Source: an uncultured Lachnospiraceae bacterium (GTDB lineage: Bacteria; Bacillota; Clostridia; Lachnospirales; Lachnospiraceae). Taken from it: a stretch of DNA of 15,663 nucleotides. The notes beneath the pieces are model-generated. The model was given only the letters and a program-made list of their open reading frames with translations, ran no database searches and was not told the origin of the DNA. The stretch spans positions 1-15,663 of the forward strand of contig ONIO01000041.1 in NCBI GenBank assembly GCA_900317915.1, in the 5' to 3' direction. The position numbers and the translations under genes were made by a program. Shown piece after piece: positions 14,297 through 15,663 of this stretch (position 1 is its first letter; every line of letters starts with the position of its first letter).

Positions 14297-15663
14297 TTAC
14301 ATACGGTCCAGGCAGAATTCTAGGATATGACGGGCATTCTCCTGCATCTCGCCTAGGGTCAGTCCCTCTGGCAGATGATCTTCCATGCAGGCTTCAATCT
14401 CATAATCATGGGCAGGATCTGTATGTGCAGAATCAGGACTTCCTGGCATCAGCACATTGACACCAGCACGAATGCGGTAAGCATTATCCTTCAGCCCTGG
14501 GAACTCCGGGCTCTCACCTGGCTGCATCCACCAGTCCGTCATCACATTGCCCTTATATCCCCACTCTCTTCTTAGAATAGTCTCCACCAAATCATACTGA
14601 TAGTGGCTATAGACACCATTGACACGATTATAGGATGTCATCAGATTCTTAGGCTCGGCAATCTGAACGCACATCTCAAAGGCCTTGAGGTAGATCTCAC
14701 GAAGGGTTCTCTCGTCTACTACGCTATCCTCGAAGTTACGTCCCGTCTCCTGGCTGTTACAAGCGAAGTGCTTGGGACATGCAGATGCGCCTCTCGACTG
14801 GATTCCTTGAATCGTGGCTGCAGCCATCCATCCAGAGAGATAAGGATCCTCAGAATAATATTCAAAGTTACGTCCACATAAAGGATTCCTATGGATATTC
14901 AGTCCTGGTGCCAGTAAGACATCAATCTTATAGTGGTCGATTTCCTCTGCTTCCTTACAGAAGAGGTCGTGCACAAGCTCATCATCCCAGCTACTTGCCA
15001 GAGCCGTTCCAATTGGAAGCAGTGTAGCAAAGCGCATGAGGCGAAGGCCACTTGGACCATCACTAGTAACCATTGGAGGGATTCCATAGCTACGAAGTGA
15101 CTCTGTGACACCACCCATGATTCCAGTGTTCCCTGGTGTACCGAAATCCGAATTCATTGGTCCCTCACCTCGAGAGAGATCTGACAGGTCGTAGGCACTG
15201 AGCTGAGCAATGAAATCATCGAGGCTATACTCTCCACTCTTCACCTCAGACAGCAGTATCTTCTTATCCTGATTGGCCTTCTTAGAAACCAGCTTTCTCG
15301 GCAAACGAGACCAGATTCTTGCCTTCAGTTCGAAGCTAGATTCTGTTGTAGCCTTCTCACACTGCTTGGTAACCACCGTCTCCTCTTGGGTGAAGGAACC
15401 GATCTTGGTTAAATGGCGGACATCATCACCTACATAGAAGGTATAGGTACCTGCCTCTAGGACATAGGAAGAGTTATATCCCGTAAATCCATAAGCATCA
15501 TAGGAGGAGATCTGGTAATCGCTTACCATGAAGTTCTCCTGCTCCTCCTCTCCCGGATGAAGGAGCTTGGTCTTTGCATAGCCCACCAGCGCATACTTTG
15601 GACGCTCTAGCTTACTATCAGGTAGATCTGCAGAAATGTAGATCATGACCACATCCTTGCCGG
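14297..15663 (-). CDS. Glycoside hydrolase family 3 (beta-glucosidase-like), domain-permuted: Fn3-like domain followed by the catalytic (alpha/beta)8 barrel at the C-terminus; N-terminal part lies beyond the right window edge
   Basis: GH3 barrel motifs appear in canonical order within the last ~280 aa: SDGPSGLRL, NPLCGRNFEYYSEDPYL, KHFACNSQE, SYNRVNGV, and WGYKGNVMTDW, which includes the nucleophile Asp. An Fn3-like segment (KYALVGYAKTKLLHPGEEEQ...GTYTFYVGDD) precedes them. The frame is open to the window edge, so the M at 15652 is not the true start. Confidence 0.75.
   Translation of the reverse strand, partial: GKDVVMIYISADLPDSKLERPKYALVGYAKTKLLHPGEEEQENFMVSDYQISSYDAYGFTGYNSSYVLEAGTYTFYVGDDVRHLTKIGSFTQEETVVTKQCEKATTESSFELKARIWSRLPRKLVSKKANQDKKILLSEVKSGEYSLDDFIAQLSAYDLSDLSRGEGPMNSDFGTPGNTGIMGGVTESLRSYGIPPMVTSDGPSGLRLMRFATLLPIGTALASSWDDELVHDLFCKEAEEIDHYKIDVLLAPGLNIHRNPLCGRNFEYYSEDPYLSGWMAAATIQGIQSRGASACPKHFACNSQETGRNFEDSVVDERTLREIYLKAFEMCVQIAEPKNLMTSYNRVNGVYSHYQYDLVETILRREWGYKGNVMTDWWMQPGESPEFPGLKDNAYRIRAGVNVLMPGSPDSAHTDPAHDYEIEACMEDHLPEGLTLGEMQENARHILEFCLDRM

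Noticed and set aside
15652-15663. The track's Met at 15652 as the GH3 start codon
   Set aside because: The frame stays open to the window edge and the domain content (Fn3-like then barrel) implies more N-terminal sequence upstream. I treat it as an internal Met.

Overview
This 15.7-kb window looks like chromosomal DNA from a low-GC Gram-positive bacterium of the Firmicutes type; that assignment is an inference from gene content (type-2 GalT, a UvrX/YolD-type pair, a domain-permuted GH3, a PspA/YdjGHI-like module). It holds 12 coding regions. Left half, all on the minus strand: a GH2 glycosidase (5' part, runs off the left edge) translationally coupled to an upstream TetR-family regulator; a YfiH/PgeF-family enzyme; a monocistronic type-2 galT with its own terminator; an RsuA-family pseudouridine synthase; and a Y-family DNA polymerase overlapping a downstream YolD-like gene, which together form an SOS-type mutagenesis cassette. 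Right half, plus strand, transcribed divergently from the polymerase: a four-gene operon encoding (1) a tandem zinc-ribbon protein with a 6-TM tail, (2) a TPM/UPF0603-like membrane protein with a Gly/Ser tail, (3) PspA/IM30, and (4) an SPFH/band-7 protein ending in a zinc ribbon. I read this operon as a rearranged, elaborated relative of the little-studied B. subtilis pspA-ydjGHI envelope-stress module, and it is the most interesting system in the window. A convergent, domain-permuted GH3 glycosidase (partial) closes the window. I saw no tRNA, rRNA, CRISPR array, integrase or transposase. Other oddities: a GC-rich cluster of nested palindromes upstream of galT, a 13-bp T-tract tandem repeat, an 18-bp in-frame tandem repeat in the YolD-like gene, and lineage-specific insertions or tails in RsuA and YfiH. 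All domain calls come from reading the translations by eye for motifs; nothing was searched against a database.
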